From contig CAZTQY010000001.1 in the NCBI GenBank assembly GCA_964616425.1, positions 23,008-87,007 of the forward strand: a stretch of 64,000 nt of DNA, in the 5' to 3' direction. The translations under genes were made by a program, and so were the position numbers. The stretch's first letter is position 1, and every line of letters starts with the position of its first letter. This stretch comes from an uncultured Candidatus Saccharibacteria bacterium. GTDB lineage: Bacteria > Patescibacteriota > Minisyncoccia > Phycocordibacterales > DATDWN01. The notes under the pieces are model-generated. The model saw only the letters and a list, made by a program, of their open reading frames with translations. It ran no database searches and had not been told where the DNA came from. This document shows positions 48,803-57,975 of this stretch, in pieces.

Positions 48803-50161
48803 TTATTTATCTAGTTTTTTAACAAAAATAAGAATTTCTGTAAGAGCATTATTTTGTTTCTCATTAGCTACCTTACGAGTATTTTCAATAACCTCTTTCA
48901 AAACACTGAAGGTGTGCTCCGTATTTATTAATGGTTCGACAGAGATTTGATATGGATCTTTGAGTTTTTGATATTGATTCAAAAGAAATGTCAATGCATT
49001 TTCTTCTCTACGTAAAATCTTTTTGATTGATCCAAAAATAATCGATATAAAAAAGTCAATTCGATAAGATTCAGAAACGACAACTTTATTAGGATTATAA
49101 CTCATTTCGCCAAGAGGAAGTTCAATTTCCCCAAATAAATTTTTACTTCCTTTAAATATGCATGATGTCGATTCTGGACAGAGAGAATAGTCAACAACCA
49201 ATAAGCCGACCCTTGTCTTATATATGACTGAAGATTGAACCCCATTTATAGGAGCATTTTGCGGTGGTTCACAAATATGAATAATTTCCCCAACTTGGGC
49301 ATAGTATTCAAAACGTTCTTCTAATGCTTTAGATATATTCTCATTATTAAACGTAAGCCAAACATCGATATCGCTCCACATATCAGCGTCGCCTCGAGCT
49401 ATTGAACCGAAGTAGTGTCCTTCTATTGCAACAGGCTGGAATACTTTCTTAATTTTCTCCAATCTTGCTTTTCGTATTCTCGGCATGAAATATTGCATCG
49501 GAAAATCAGGATGTTCCTTGTTTATCGTATCTAGATTTTCTCCGTATAAGCCATGAAAACCGAACGGTTTTTTATATTCTCCATAGTCGGACTGAACACT
49601 GAACTTCATTGCAAGTTCTACGGGAGCAAATCTCAGACCTTCTTTTTCAAATAGATCCTTGTACCATGCACATAGGGCGATATCTTCCGGATGCATATTT
49701 ATGATTTTTCCGTCACTAGCCAATTTCGCAGAAATCTCCAGAAATTTTTTACTACGCAAACAAAACCCTCCATTACCAACTACATAATGGGGTTTCGGAA
49801 TATCTAACTTCCATTCTTTCCATGTACTCGTATCTATCGGTCCGCCAATATAGTCATAAGAAAGAAATTCTGGATTCCAGCGAGCAGCATTCAAGACGAA
49901 TCCATCATATTGAACTAAGAGAACAAAGTCAGTATCAACATATTTATGCAAGTCCTCAATACAGAAACGGGAATAATCCTCTATAGATCCAATATGAGGT
50001 ATTACAACTAAATGACTATCTTTTATGGGAAGCGAGGTTAATAATTTTACCGCACCAAATTCTATATCTTGTTGTGATACATCCATTGCAACCTGTAACC
50101 GTTCTACATTTAAACAATCAATACCGAGAAGGGTGACATTCGGGAGTTCAAGTTTTTTCAT
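48803..50161 (-). CDS. DUF5672-like domain fused to a nucleotidyltransferase-like domain
   Basis: QYDG, YDYIG, VGNGGFCLRS, PED, FGFHG; then FGSIARGDADMWSDID. Confidence 0.7.
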   Translation of the reverse strand: MKKLELPNVTLLGIDCLNVERLQVAMDVSQQDIEFGAVKLLTSLPIKDSHLVVIPHIGSIEDYSRFCIEDLHKYVDTDFVLLVQYDGFVLNAARWNPEFLSYDYIGGPIDTSTWKEWKLDIPKPHYVVGNGGFCLRSKKFLEISAKLASDGKIINMHPEDIALCAWYKDLFEKEGLRFAPVELAMKFSVQSDYGEYKKPFGFHGLYGENLDTINKEHPDFPMQYFMPRIRKARLEKIKKVFQPVAIEGHYFGSIARGDADMWSDIDVWLTFNNENISKALEERFEYYAQVGEIIHICEPPQNAPINGVQSSVIYKTRVGLLVVDYSLCPESTSCIFKGSKNLFGEIELPLGEMSYNPNKVVVSESYRIDFFISIIFGSIKKILRREENALTFLLNQYQKLKDPYQISVEPLINTEHTFSVLKEVIENTRKVANEKQNNALTEILIFVKKLDK

Positions 50162-50173
50162 TAAGTAATTCTA

Positions 50174-50212
50174 ACAAAAAATCACTGATCTTAAAAATCA
50201 GTGATTTTTTGT
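50174..50212. terminator. Intrinsic terminator downstream of tRNA-Gln
   Basis: acaaaaaatcactgat-N7-atcagtgattttttgt. Confidence 0.8.
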
Positions 50213-50300
50213 CTTGAATACTGCTCTCAGCAGGTATGCGGTGATGGAATAGATACTTGAGCCATTTCGACACTCCTCGGAGTCCGAAACTATCTCAAAC

Positions 50301-50374
50301 TGGCTGGGGGGGAAGGAATCGGACCTTCATTAGAAGCTTCAAAGGCTCCTGTCCTGCCATTAGACGACCCCCCA
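50301..50374 (-). tRNA. tRNA-Gln(UUG) with encoded CCA
   Basis: TGGGGGG acceptor stem, anticodon arm GGAGC-CTTTGAA-GCTTC, T arm GAAGG-TCCGATT-CCTTC, 3' GCCA. Confidence 0.93.
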
Positions 50375-50376
50375 AA

Positions 50377-51063
50377 TTAAATATTTCTAAAAATTGCTTC
50401 TGACCACCCAGTAATCTGCCTAAGTAGTGAAGAACTGGAACTTACTCTAACCCGAATTAGACCATAATACAAGTCTTTTGTATTTCTTCTTTTTGTTTTT
50501 ATATCATTTTTCTTATAGTAAATTGTGTTAAATTTTTCAATTTTAGACTTTGTGATTTTTGACCAATATTTCCTAACAACATCAATATTGTTCTGACTAT
50601 TTCTATGAATATATATTTCAAAACCAATTCTATCCTCATTAATATTACATATTTCCTTTAACCACCTAAGAAACACTTGGATTATACGTGGATCTGAATT
50701 ACTGAACCTAATACCGATTCCGTGTTGATATTCTTTTTCTTTCGAACCTTCTGCCCAATATAATACTATTCCAATTATCCACAATTCTCTTTTTGAAATG
50801 TGCTTAATATCAGACAAAGAATTCCTTAATATTTCTTGAGTTTTAATAATCCTTTGTTGCCTTCTGGCCTCTCCACCTCTTTTTCCTGCTGCTAATCTTT
50901 TCTCTGTTAATCTCTGAAATTGTTTTGTAGACAAACCAACATCTCTCAGCCATAAAGACAGCGTTGATTTTGCAACTGGAATTTCTTTCAAAATCTCGGA
51001 ATAAGTTTTACCAGATTTCCTCATCTGAACCGCATTTTCCTTTATTGATATACTTATGGACAT
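50377..51063 (-). CDS. HTH plus LAGLIDADG-like domain protein
   Basis: RKSGKTYSEI..VAKSTLSLWL HTH; LYWAEGSK...FSNSDP..I..FLRWL. Confidence 0.65.
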   Translation of the reverse strand: MSISISIKENAVQMRKSGKTYSEILKEIPVAKSTLSLWLRDVGLSTKQFQRLTEKRLAAGKRGGEARRQQRIIKTQEILRNSLSDIKHISKRELWIIGIVLYWAEGSKEKEYQHGIGIRFSNSDPRIIQVFLRWLKEICNINEDRIGFEIYIHRNSQNNIDVVRKYWSKITKSKIEKFNTIYYKKNDIKTKRRNTKDLYYGLIRVRVSSSSSLLRQITGWSEAIFRNI

Positions 51064-51142
51064 CTTTCGTGATTATAATTATACCATAACCCTAGTTCGT
51101 AAAGTTATAGATGTGGATAAATTATTTTGTTACAATTACGCT

Positions 51143-51625
51143 ATGAACCCAATCCCCCTCACAGAAGAATATTTAGTGGCAGCAGTAAAAATGGTAAATG
51201 AAGTTTTCCCTCAAGACACCGACGCCATCTGGAATCCGGAGAAATCTCTTCCCCTCAGTCTCCGCCCACAAAGTGAATTGAAAGAAGATGCTTTTGTAGA
51301 TTATTGGATTGTACTCGATGATAAAAATGAAATCATAGCTGTGACTGGTATGTACAGAATCAAAGACGATCCAGAGGATGTAGTGTGGCTTGGTTGGTAT
51401 TGTGTTCGTGCTGACCAGAGAGGAAAAGGTCTTGGACGAAAACTATTGAATTGGACTGCTGACAAAGCCAAAGAAAGAGGCTTTAAGAAAATGAAACTAT
51501 ACACATCAACAGACCCGAACGAAGCTGCTGCGCAAATACTCTACGAAAAAGAGGGTTTCAAAATAACTGAAGAGAATGAAGGTGACGGTATTCACAAGAC
51601 TTTATATAGAGAGAAAATATTATAA
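51143..51625 (+). CDS. GNAT family N-acetyltransferase
   Basis: VRADQRGKGLGRKL and LYEKEGF; start placed at MNPIP. Confidence 0.9.
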   Translation: MNPIPLTEEYLVAAVKMVNEVFPQDTDAIWNPEKSLPLSLRPQSELKEDAFVDYWIVLDDKNEIIAVTGMYRIKDDPEDVVWLGWYCVRADQRGKGLGRKLLNWTADKAKERGFKKMKLYTSTDPNEAAAQILYEKEGFKITEENEGDGIHKTLYREKIL

Positions 51626-51645
51626 AAATTGGCTATAATATTCTC

Positions 51646-52095
51646 ATGTACATAATATACGCACTGCTGGGAGCCCTCATGGCCAGCCTAGGAACAATAT
51701 TCGCGAAACTTGGTTTAAAAGGTGTTGATGCAAATTTATTAACTGCTATTAGAGGTATCGTGATGGCTATCATTGTTACTATCGCTGCACTTTCTTTTGG
51801 TAAGCTTTCTTCTTCAACTCTTAGCACACTCAGTCAAAAGCAATGGATATTTGTTATCCTCTCTGCAATGGGCGGAGCACTTTCTTGGATTTTCTTTTAT
51901 CAAGCCCTCTCTATGGGCCCAACTGTTGCTGTGACTGTAATAGATAAATTTTCTTTGGTGTTAACTGCAATACTCGCTGTTTTTGTTTTGTCAGAGGGCA
52001 TAACTTTACAGTCTGGAATAGGGCTAGGGTTGGTTGCTCTCGGTACCCTACTCGTCTCTATCCCTTGGGAAAAGATTAAAATACTTTGGAGTTAA
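51646..52095 (+). CDS. EamA/DMT family transporter
   Basis: IFAKLGLKGVD, SWIFFYQAL, IDKFS. Confidence 0.88.
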   Translation: MYIIYALLGALMASLGTIFAKLGLKGVDANLLTAIRGIVMAIIVTIAALSFGKLSSSTLSTLSQKQWIFVILSAMGGALSWIFFYQALSMGPTVAVTVIDKFSLVLTAILAVFVLSEGITLQSGIGLGLVALGTLLVSIPWEKIKILWS

Positions 52096-52133
52096 ATTTA
52101 ATTTAACTTAATTAATTTTGCTATAATACATAT

Positions 52134-52430
52134 ATGAAAAAACCATTTTTACATGCCTTAGCAGCGGCATTATATATAGTTGCTATAGTCCTTATTGCAG
52201 AGCGAGTTGGTAATGCATTAAAAAACCAGCCAGATACCATAGTCATCCCGATGACAATGCTGAGCCTATTTGTTTTGTCTGCCGCTATCATGGGATATAT
52301 TTTCCTATCTGAACCATTACAACTACTCATAGAGGGTAAGAAAAAAGAAGCCGTGACTTTCTTTTCAAAAATCGTAGGATTTTTTGCTTGCTTCGTTTTG
52401 CTTTACACAATCATACTTTTTTTGATCTAA
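52134..52430 (+). CDS. Small membrane protein
   Basis: Three hydrophobic helices; TATAAT 6 nt before ATG. Confidence 0.7.
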   Translation: MKKPFLHALAAALYIVAIVLIAERVGNALKNQPDTIVIPMTMLSLFVLSAAIMGYIFLSEPLQLLIEGKKKEAVTFFSKIVGFFACFVLLYTIILFLI

Positions 52431-52464
52431 ACAACTAGTAAATTAATTTTGATATACTAGTTAA

Positions 52465-53157
52465 ATGCTTGAAGAACAAATAACTCCTAAAACGAATTTA
52501 ATAAGCTCGGTTGTTCAGATCGCTTCAGTCTGGATTTTTTCCTATATTGGATATTATATTTTCCTGCCTGCACTCGGTTTTGATGGCGGATATAACACAC
52601 ATCCTATACAAATAACTATCTACTATCTCGTGTGGACCCTTATCTCTCTCCTAGCTTTTAAAGATATCTTTAGAGATAAAGTAATACTAGAAAAGAGAGT
52701 AGGAACCTATGTCTCGATAATAACAATAAATGCAATTATTCTTTTTTATGTTTTTTATATACTCCCGTTATTGCCATCAATAACCTGGACGCCACCATGG
52801 ATGCCACCGTCGGAACTACTGAAAGCCACGACTTGGTATTTCCTACCGAAATCAATAGAAATATTTCTACAACAAATCCTGCTTCTAGCTCTTGTGATTT
52901 CTTTCTTGGATAATCAATACAAATTTAAGACCACGGCAGTTTGGTGCGCAATACTGTTTGGTGGGAGTCACCTCCTGTTGGTTTTCAACGCTGGTTTTAT
53001 TTACGCCTCTGTTTTCACTGTTATAGCAGTTGTTTCATCTTTTATATTTACATACCTTTTGCTAGAAGTAAGAAATGGTTTTCTATACTCATATTTTTTA
53101 CACTGGATGTTCTATGCACTAGTTGTCGTTATTACAAAAACAGTTTTTCACGTTTAA
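52465..53157 (+). CDS. Multi-TM protein, possibly CPBP/Abi-like
   Basis: EIFLQQ, FGGSH and SYFLHW resemble degenerate CPBP motifs. Confidence 0.55.
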   Translation: MLEEQITPKTNLISSVVQIASVWIFSYIGYYIFLPALGFDGGYNTHPIQITIYYLVWTLISLLAFKDIFRDKVILEKRVGTYVSIITINAIILFYVFYILPLLPSITWTPPWMPPSELLKATTWYFLPKSIEIFLQQILLLALVISFLDNQYKFKTTAVWCAILFGGSHLLLVFNAGFIYASVFTVIAVVSSFIFTYLLLEVRNGFLYSYFLHWMFYALVVVITKTVFHV

Positions 53158-53186
53158 AACAAAACCCCTTTCGGGGTTTTGTTTTT
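53157..53186. terminator. Bidirectional intrinsic terminator
   Basis: aaacaaaacccc-tttc-ggggttttgtttttt. Confidence 0.8.
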
Positions 53187-53201
53187 TATCGAGCTTTCGA
53201 A

Positions 53202-53294
53202 TTACTTTTTTCCTACCTGACATCCGCAAGAACATGTACCATCTTCATTTGCATGAACGTGTCCGCAAGCTTCACACTTCATTTCATCTGACAT
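53202..53294 (-). CDS. 30-aa Cys/His-rich microprotein (metal-binding, metallothionein-like)
   Basis: MSDEMKCEACGHVHANEDGTCSCGCQVGKK, ending at the bidirectional terminator; absent from the ORF track. Confidence 0.65.
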   Translation of the reverse strand: MSDEMKCEACGHVHANEDGTCSCGCQVGKK

Positions 53295-53448
53295 GTGTGT
53301 TTTTGATTATGTCTAATATATTCGACCTACCTGTATTATACAACCTATAACTTGTAAATATTCCATATATTCTACACTTGACTAATGAATAAATTTATGC
53401 TATCATTGTGGGTAGTAGTTATTTAAAAACAAACCCAAAGGAGGACCT

Positions 53449-54441
53449 GTGTCTACGACTGAAGGCGGCAACGCCCCGCTCGTCACGATACTCGTCCCCT
53501 GTTACCAGTACGGACGATATCTGAAAACTTGTCTGGATGGAATTTTCGCCCAGACGATAATCAACGAGATTTCATTTGAAATCATCGTCATCAACGACGG
53601 CTCAACAGATGAGACCGACGAGGTGATGTATGAATTCAATGATCCTCGGATTCGTTACATCCGTCTACCTGAAAACCAAGGCATCTGTAATGCGCTAGCA
53701 CAAGGCATTACACTGGCAAAAGGAAAGTACTTTGCCAGGATTGATGCTGACGACAGGTGGAAGCCACACTTTCTCGAGGAAGTACTACCGATCCTCGAGA
53801 AACACCCTGATGTTGGACTTGTGTACGGCGATGTAATACACATCGACAAACACAACAACGTCATCCAGGATCCGAGCACGATCTGCTCGATCATCCACCA
53901 CAACGGAAGAGACTTCAAAGGAGACGAATTCTTTTTCCAGCTTATGGGATGCAGTATTGGTACAGCTGGTGTGATTGGCAGAACTTCTGCCCTTCGTCCA
54001 GCAATACCTTTCCCAAGTAGTTTCACTTGGGGCTACCCATCTGACTGGTGGTTGCATATGGTGGTTCTAAGGGATCACCAGATGTACTACACCAGACGCG
54101 TCATCGGCGAGTACAGAATGCACGCCGAAAGCATGACGAGTCAGGGAAAAATTGTTTCTTCGTCCTACGAAGAAACAATGATCGGGGCTTTGGACATTCT
54201 CTTTAGCGAGGGAAGACGAGCGAGTGAACGTCGAAAGTCCTACGCGTACATGTGGACTAGTGTGGGTAACATACATTTCGAAAGAAACTATGGAGCCTGC
54301 GCAAGAAGAGCCTACATGAAAGCTGTGATGTACCGACCGGATTACATTTTCCGGAAGTCCATCGTCCGGCACTTTCTGTCGAGTCTTCTGCCAAGGCCTA
54401 TGTACGAGGTAATAAAGAAAGGGGTAAAGAAAATGTTCTGA
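53449..54441 (+). CDS. Glycosyltransferase family 2 (GC-rich)
   Basis: ILVPCYQ, VINDGSTD, RIDADD; GGAGG SD. Confidence 0.92.
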   Translation: MSTTEGGNAPLVTILVPCYQYGRYLKTCLDGIFAQTIINEISFEIIVINDGSTDETDEVMYEFNDPRIRYIRLPENQGICNALAQGITLAKGKYFARIDADDRWKPHFLEEVLPILEKHPDVGLVYGDVIHIDKHNNVIQDPSTICSIIHHNGRDFKGDEFFFQLMGCSIGTAGVIGRTSALRPAIPFPSSFTWGYPSDWWLHMVVLRDHQMYYTRRVIGEYRMHAESMTSQGKIVSSSYEETMIGALDILFSEGRRASERRKSYAYMWTSVGNIHFERNYGACARRAYMKAVMYRPDYIFRKSIVRHFLSSLLPRPMYEVIKKGVKKMF

Positions 54442-54485
54442 GCCGGCCTGTGCTAACGCAAGGGTCGGCTTTTACTATTAAAAAA

Positions 54486-55517
54486 CTATTTTTGACTGAT
54501 TATATTTACCAAAGCAAGTTCTAGTGGCAGAGATGGAATGTACGCTCCTGTTGTTTTTTCGTAAGCGCCTAAAAGCTCAACTAGATCAGATGAAGATAAA
54601 CTTCCCTCTCCTTTGGCCAACGTACTGACAAATTCAAACTCAACTTCTGACAACTCGTCTTTTATAATATTTCCAGCATTAAAACGAACGAGGAGAAAAG
54701 CTCTAGACATGTGCAAAATCAATTTCAAAAAGACAGACATGTCTATATTTTGACTTACGGCTTTTTTTATAGAACCCAAACCAAGTTCCAAATTTTTGTT
54801 TACGATAGAAGTGATGACATCATTTACTAGGTCTATGGCTGGAGCTCCAGTTACTAAACGAACATCATCCTCACTAACTGCTGTTTGTTTTTTACTTTTA
54901 CTATAAACCAAAATCTTTTGGAGAATTCCCAAAGTATCACGGAATGAACCATCACCCAAAAGAGCAACTAAATCTGATGATGCGTCATCTAATGTAAAAC
55001 CTTCTTTCTTTGCGACGTTAGTTACAACTTTTTTCAAGACATCTTGTGATGGTTTTTTGAATGTATAAGTTTCGCAACGAGAAAGCACTGTTTCAGGTAT
55101 TTTGTGAGTCTCTGTTGTCGCAAGAATAAATACAACATGAGATGGAGGCTCCTCCAAAGTTTTTAACAAAGCATTTGCAGCGGACTTTGAGAGCATGTGA
55201 ACTTCATCCAAAATGTAGACTTTGTATTTTGACTCGAAAGGTAAAGTAAATACAGAATCATTGAGATTACGAATATCATCAACGCTTGTATTTGATGCTG
55301 CATCTATTTCATAAATATCATTTTTAGATGTGCCTATTGCGTCAGCAAATATTCTAGCAATAGAAGTTTTTCCTGTGCCACGTGTTCCAGAAAAAAGATA
55401 TGCGTGAGAAATATCTCCGGACTTTGCCTCAGCGTCTAAAACTTTAACTATATGATCCTGTCCAACAACTTCAGAAAACTTTCCTGGCCTGTATTTTCTA
55501 TATAATGCTTCTGACAT
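54486..55517 (-). CDS. dnaX: DNA polymerase III subunit gamma/tau
   Basis: LYRKYRP, GTRGTGKT, EIDAAS, DEVHML, LLKTLEEPP. Confidence 0.96.
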   Translation of the reverse strand: MSEALYRKYRPGKFSEVVGQDHIVKVLDAEAKSGDISHAYLFSGTRGTGKTSIARIFADAIGTSKNDIYEIDAASNTSVDDIRNLNDSVFTLPFESKYKVYILDEVHMLSKSAANALLKTLEEPPSHVVFILATTETHKIPETVLSRCETYTFKKPSQDVLKKVVTNVAKKEGFTLDDASSDLVALLGDGSFRDTLGILQKILVYSKSKKQTAVSEDDVRLVTGAPAIDLVNDVITSIVNKNLELGLGSIKKAVSQNIDMSVFLKLILHMSRAFLLVRFNAGNIIKDELSEVEFEFVSTLAKGEGSLSSSDLVELLGAYEKTTGAYIPSLPLELALVNIISQK

Positions 55518-55567
55518 ATTAACTAGTATATCTTATTGTGGATTTTGGACAAAACAGTAACGCGAAT

Positions 55568-55785
55568 GGGGGCCGTCAGATGACGGCCCCCTAAAAAAAA
55601 TTTACCCGTAACGAGGCATGGCATCCTCCAGTTTACGACTGTTTGAGGTGGCACCGCGCCACTACGGTCTTAGGCTATGAAGCCTAGCTTCACTGCTGCC
55701 GTGCCGGCCCAGCTCGTGTTGAACACAGTTGATATTCCCTACCAAGGGCGAGCTCTTAGGCATCCATTATGTCAACTGGTCTAAC
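55568..55785 (-). ncRNA. Candidate structured non-coding RNA upstream of dnaX
   Basis: GC-rich, several hairpins, no convincing ORF, TTGACG-N16-GATACT upstream (55818-55791). Confidence 0.35.
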
Positions 55786-55829
55786 TAAACAGTATCACAT
55801 CCAAAAAACATACGTCAATTTTTTGTATT

Positions 55830-56120
55830 AAAAAAGTCGGGCGCAATGCATCCCGACGAACTGGGCCACCAGCAGTTGAAAGACTTGTCTACAACTGCCG
55901 GTGGCCAATCTACCTAGCCTCCCCAATACGTGAGGAGTATGATTGCCAACCAAGAGTCTCCCAAAACCCTCGATAAGCAATGAAATGTGGATGTGGCTCA
56001 AGCCCACACAAGACTGATTAGCCCCGTCAGTATTGTAAGGCGATCCAAACTTTCCACAGAGATCCAGACCGTGCATCCATTGGTACTTTTTGGGAAAAGC
56101 ACCACACGGCGGACCATCTG
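55830..56120 (-). ncRNA. Candidate structured non-coding RNA with own promoter and terminator
   Basis: TTGACT-N16-TATAAT (56154-56127), tandem hairpins, terminator gtcggg..cccgac plus T run (55857-55830). Confidence 0.45.
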
Positions 56121-56169
56121 ACCATCATTATATACTTTTTACATGAAAAGTCAATGAGGTCAGTGGCTT

Positions 56170-57171
56170 TTAAAAGTTATCTTTTATGTAAACTTCTACA
56201 ATATCAGAAATTTCTTTTGCATCTTTGGCTTCCATCAATCTAACTCTAAGTTCTTTTGCACCATCCCATCCGTTTACGTAAGCCTTATAATGTTTTTTCA
56301 TTATTGCAAAACTTTTATGAGAAAGAATGCTCTCAAAAAGTTTTGTGTGTTCCACCATAACATGGAGTCTTTCTGGTATCGAAATATCATCCCTTTTAAT
56401 TCCAACATTAAACAACCAAGGATTTCCAAAAATAGCTCGCCCGAGCATTACACCATCACAACCAGTCTCTATAACTTTTTTCTGTGAATCATTCAAATCC
56501 AAAGCATCACCATTACCAAAAATTAAAGTTTCGCTTTTGACTCCATTTGAATCAACAAAATCATTTCGAATCTCAACCGCTCTTTTTATATGTTCCCATC
56601 TTGCAGGAACCAGTGACATTTCTTTTCTTGTCCTTGCGTGGACAGTTATTACCGCAGGGTTTGTCTCCAATATTGCAGGTAACCAAGTTTCAAGTTCATT
56701 TTTATTGTAACCAATTCTAGTTTTTACACTTACTGGAATATTTTTACCATTTTTACTTGCACCTCTTTGGGCAGCACGAATTATTTCTTGGGCAAGTTTT
56801 GGATTTTTTATTAGACCAGCACCAGCACCTTGTTTTTCAATACTTTTATCAGGACAACCCATATTTATATCTATTCCATCAAAACCCAAATCCACTGCAA
56901 GTTCAGCAGCTTTTTCCATCATCTCTGGCTTACTTGTAAAAAATTGCGCAACTATAGGGCGCTCTTCTTCAGTAAATGCCAGGTCTTTTATCAATGCGTC
57001 ATATCCCCCCAGAAAAAGTCCGTCTGCGGAAACAAACTCAGTCCAAGTCACATCTGGTTTTCCGTATTTTGCAATAATACTTCGAAAAGCAGGATCAGTA
57101 ACATCCGCCATTGGAGCCAATACCATTATTCCGTCTGGTCTATTATTTTTTAAATCTTTCCAAAAATTCAT
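56170..57171 (-). CDS. tRNA-dihydrouridine synthase
   Basis: LAPMADVTD, DINMGCP, SVKTRIG, HART, GRAIFGNPW. Confidence 0.93.
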   Translation of the reverse strand: MNFWKDLKNNRPDGIMVLAPMADVTDPAFRSIIAKYGKPDVTWTEFVSADGLFLGGYDALIKDLAFTEEERPIVAQFFTSKPEMMEKAAELAVDLGFDGIDINMGCPDKSIEKQGAGAGLIKNPKLAQEIIRAAQRGASKNGKNIPVSVKTRIGYNKNELETWLPAILETNPAVITVHARTRKEMSLVPARWEHIKRAVEIRNDFVDSNGVKSETLIFGNGDALDLNDSQKKVIETGCDGVMLGRAIFGNPWLFNVGIKRDDISIPERLHVMVEHTKLFESILSHKSFAIMKKHYKAYVNGWDGAKELRVRLMEAKDAKEISDIVEVYIKDNF

Positions 57172-57174
57172 ACT

Positions 57175-57975
57175 CTATATATTCAAAAATAAACTTGCTA
57201 ACGTAACTGGACCAACGCCACCAGGCACAGGAGTAATAAGCCCTGCTTTATCACTACAACCTGGATCAACATCCCCTACTATCTTTCCGTTTTGTTCACT
57301 GGTACCAGCATCTATTAGAATTACACCTTCTTTTATCATGTCTGGTTTTATCATATATGGAGAGCCTGCACCAGATATGATTATGTCTGCAGAATATATT
57401 AACTTTTTACTCAAACTCATATCTGTATTTTTATCTATTACCTTAAACTGGATGTTTTTTGATTTGAACATTGCACTAACTGGCTCTCCAACCAGCTTTC
57501 CAGTTCCAATAATCAGAATTTCTTTATTTTCAATTTCAATATTATAAAATTCCAATATCTCTGAAATCGCACGAGATACTGGAGGAACTTTCTCTATTGA
57601 TTTGTTTTTATACAGAGTCTTTGCTTTGTCGCTCAAAACATCTATATCTAGTTCTACTGGAACCATATTTAACACTTCCTGGGTTGGTAAATCTTTAGGT
57701 AGTGGAAGCTGTATAACCATACCCACTACATCTCTAGATGTAATATCTCTTATGACTTTTTCAACTTGGTCAAAAGATAGAGACTCGGGATGAGCTTCTA
57801 CTGTAGTTTTTATTCCCAAAGATTCTGCAAACCTGCATTTCATTGCAACAAACTGTTTACTTGCAGGATCATTACCAAAAATTACAAAACAAACCTCTTT
57901 TTTGGGTTTATCTTTTAAATTCAATATTATTTTTTCTTTTAGCTTGGCTGAGACTAGCTTTCCATCGGCTATCAT
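57175..57975 (-). CDS. folD: Methylenetetrahydrofolate dehydrogenase/cyclohydrolase
   Basis: QLPLP, LVGEP, IDAG, GDVD, TPVPGGVGP. Confidence 0.92.
   Translation of the reverse strand: MIADGKLVSAKLKEKIILNLKDKPKKEVCFVIFGNDPASKQFVAMKCRFAESLGIKTTVEAHPESLSFDQVEKVIRDITSRDVVGMVIQLPLPKDLPTQEVLNMVPVELDIDVLSDKAKTLYKNKSIEKVPPVSRAISEILEFYNIEIENKEILIIGTGKLVGEPVSAMFKSKNIQFKVIDKNTDMSLSKKLIYSADIIISGAGSPYMIKPDMIKEGVILIDAGTSEQNGKIVGDVDPGCSDKAGLITPVPGGVGPVTLASLFLNI

Noticed and set aside
50340-50350. Spacer aaggctcct of unit 32976-33035 matches the tRNA-Gln anticodon arm
   Set aside because: The partner spacer has no adjacent match, and single 9-11-mer hits are expected by chance
55828-56076. 82-aa ORF upstream of dnaX
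   Set aside because: No SD or motif, and it runs through the terminator hairpin; a structured RNA explains the region better
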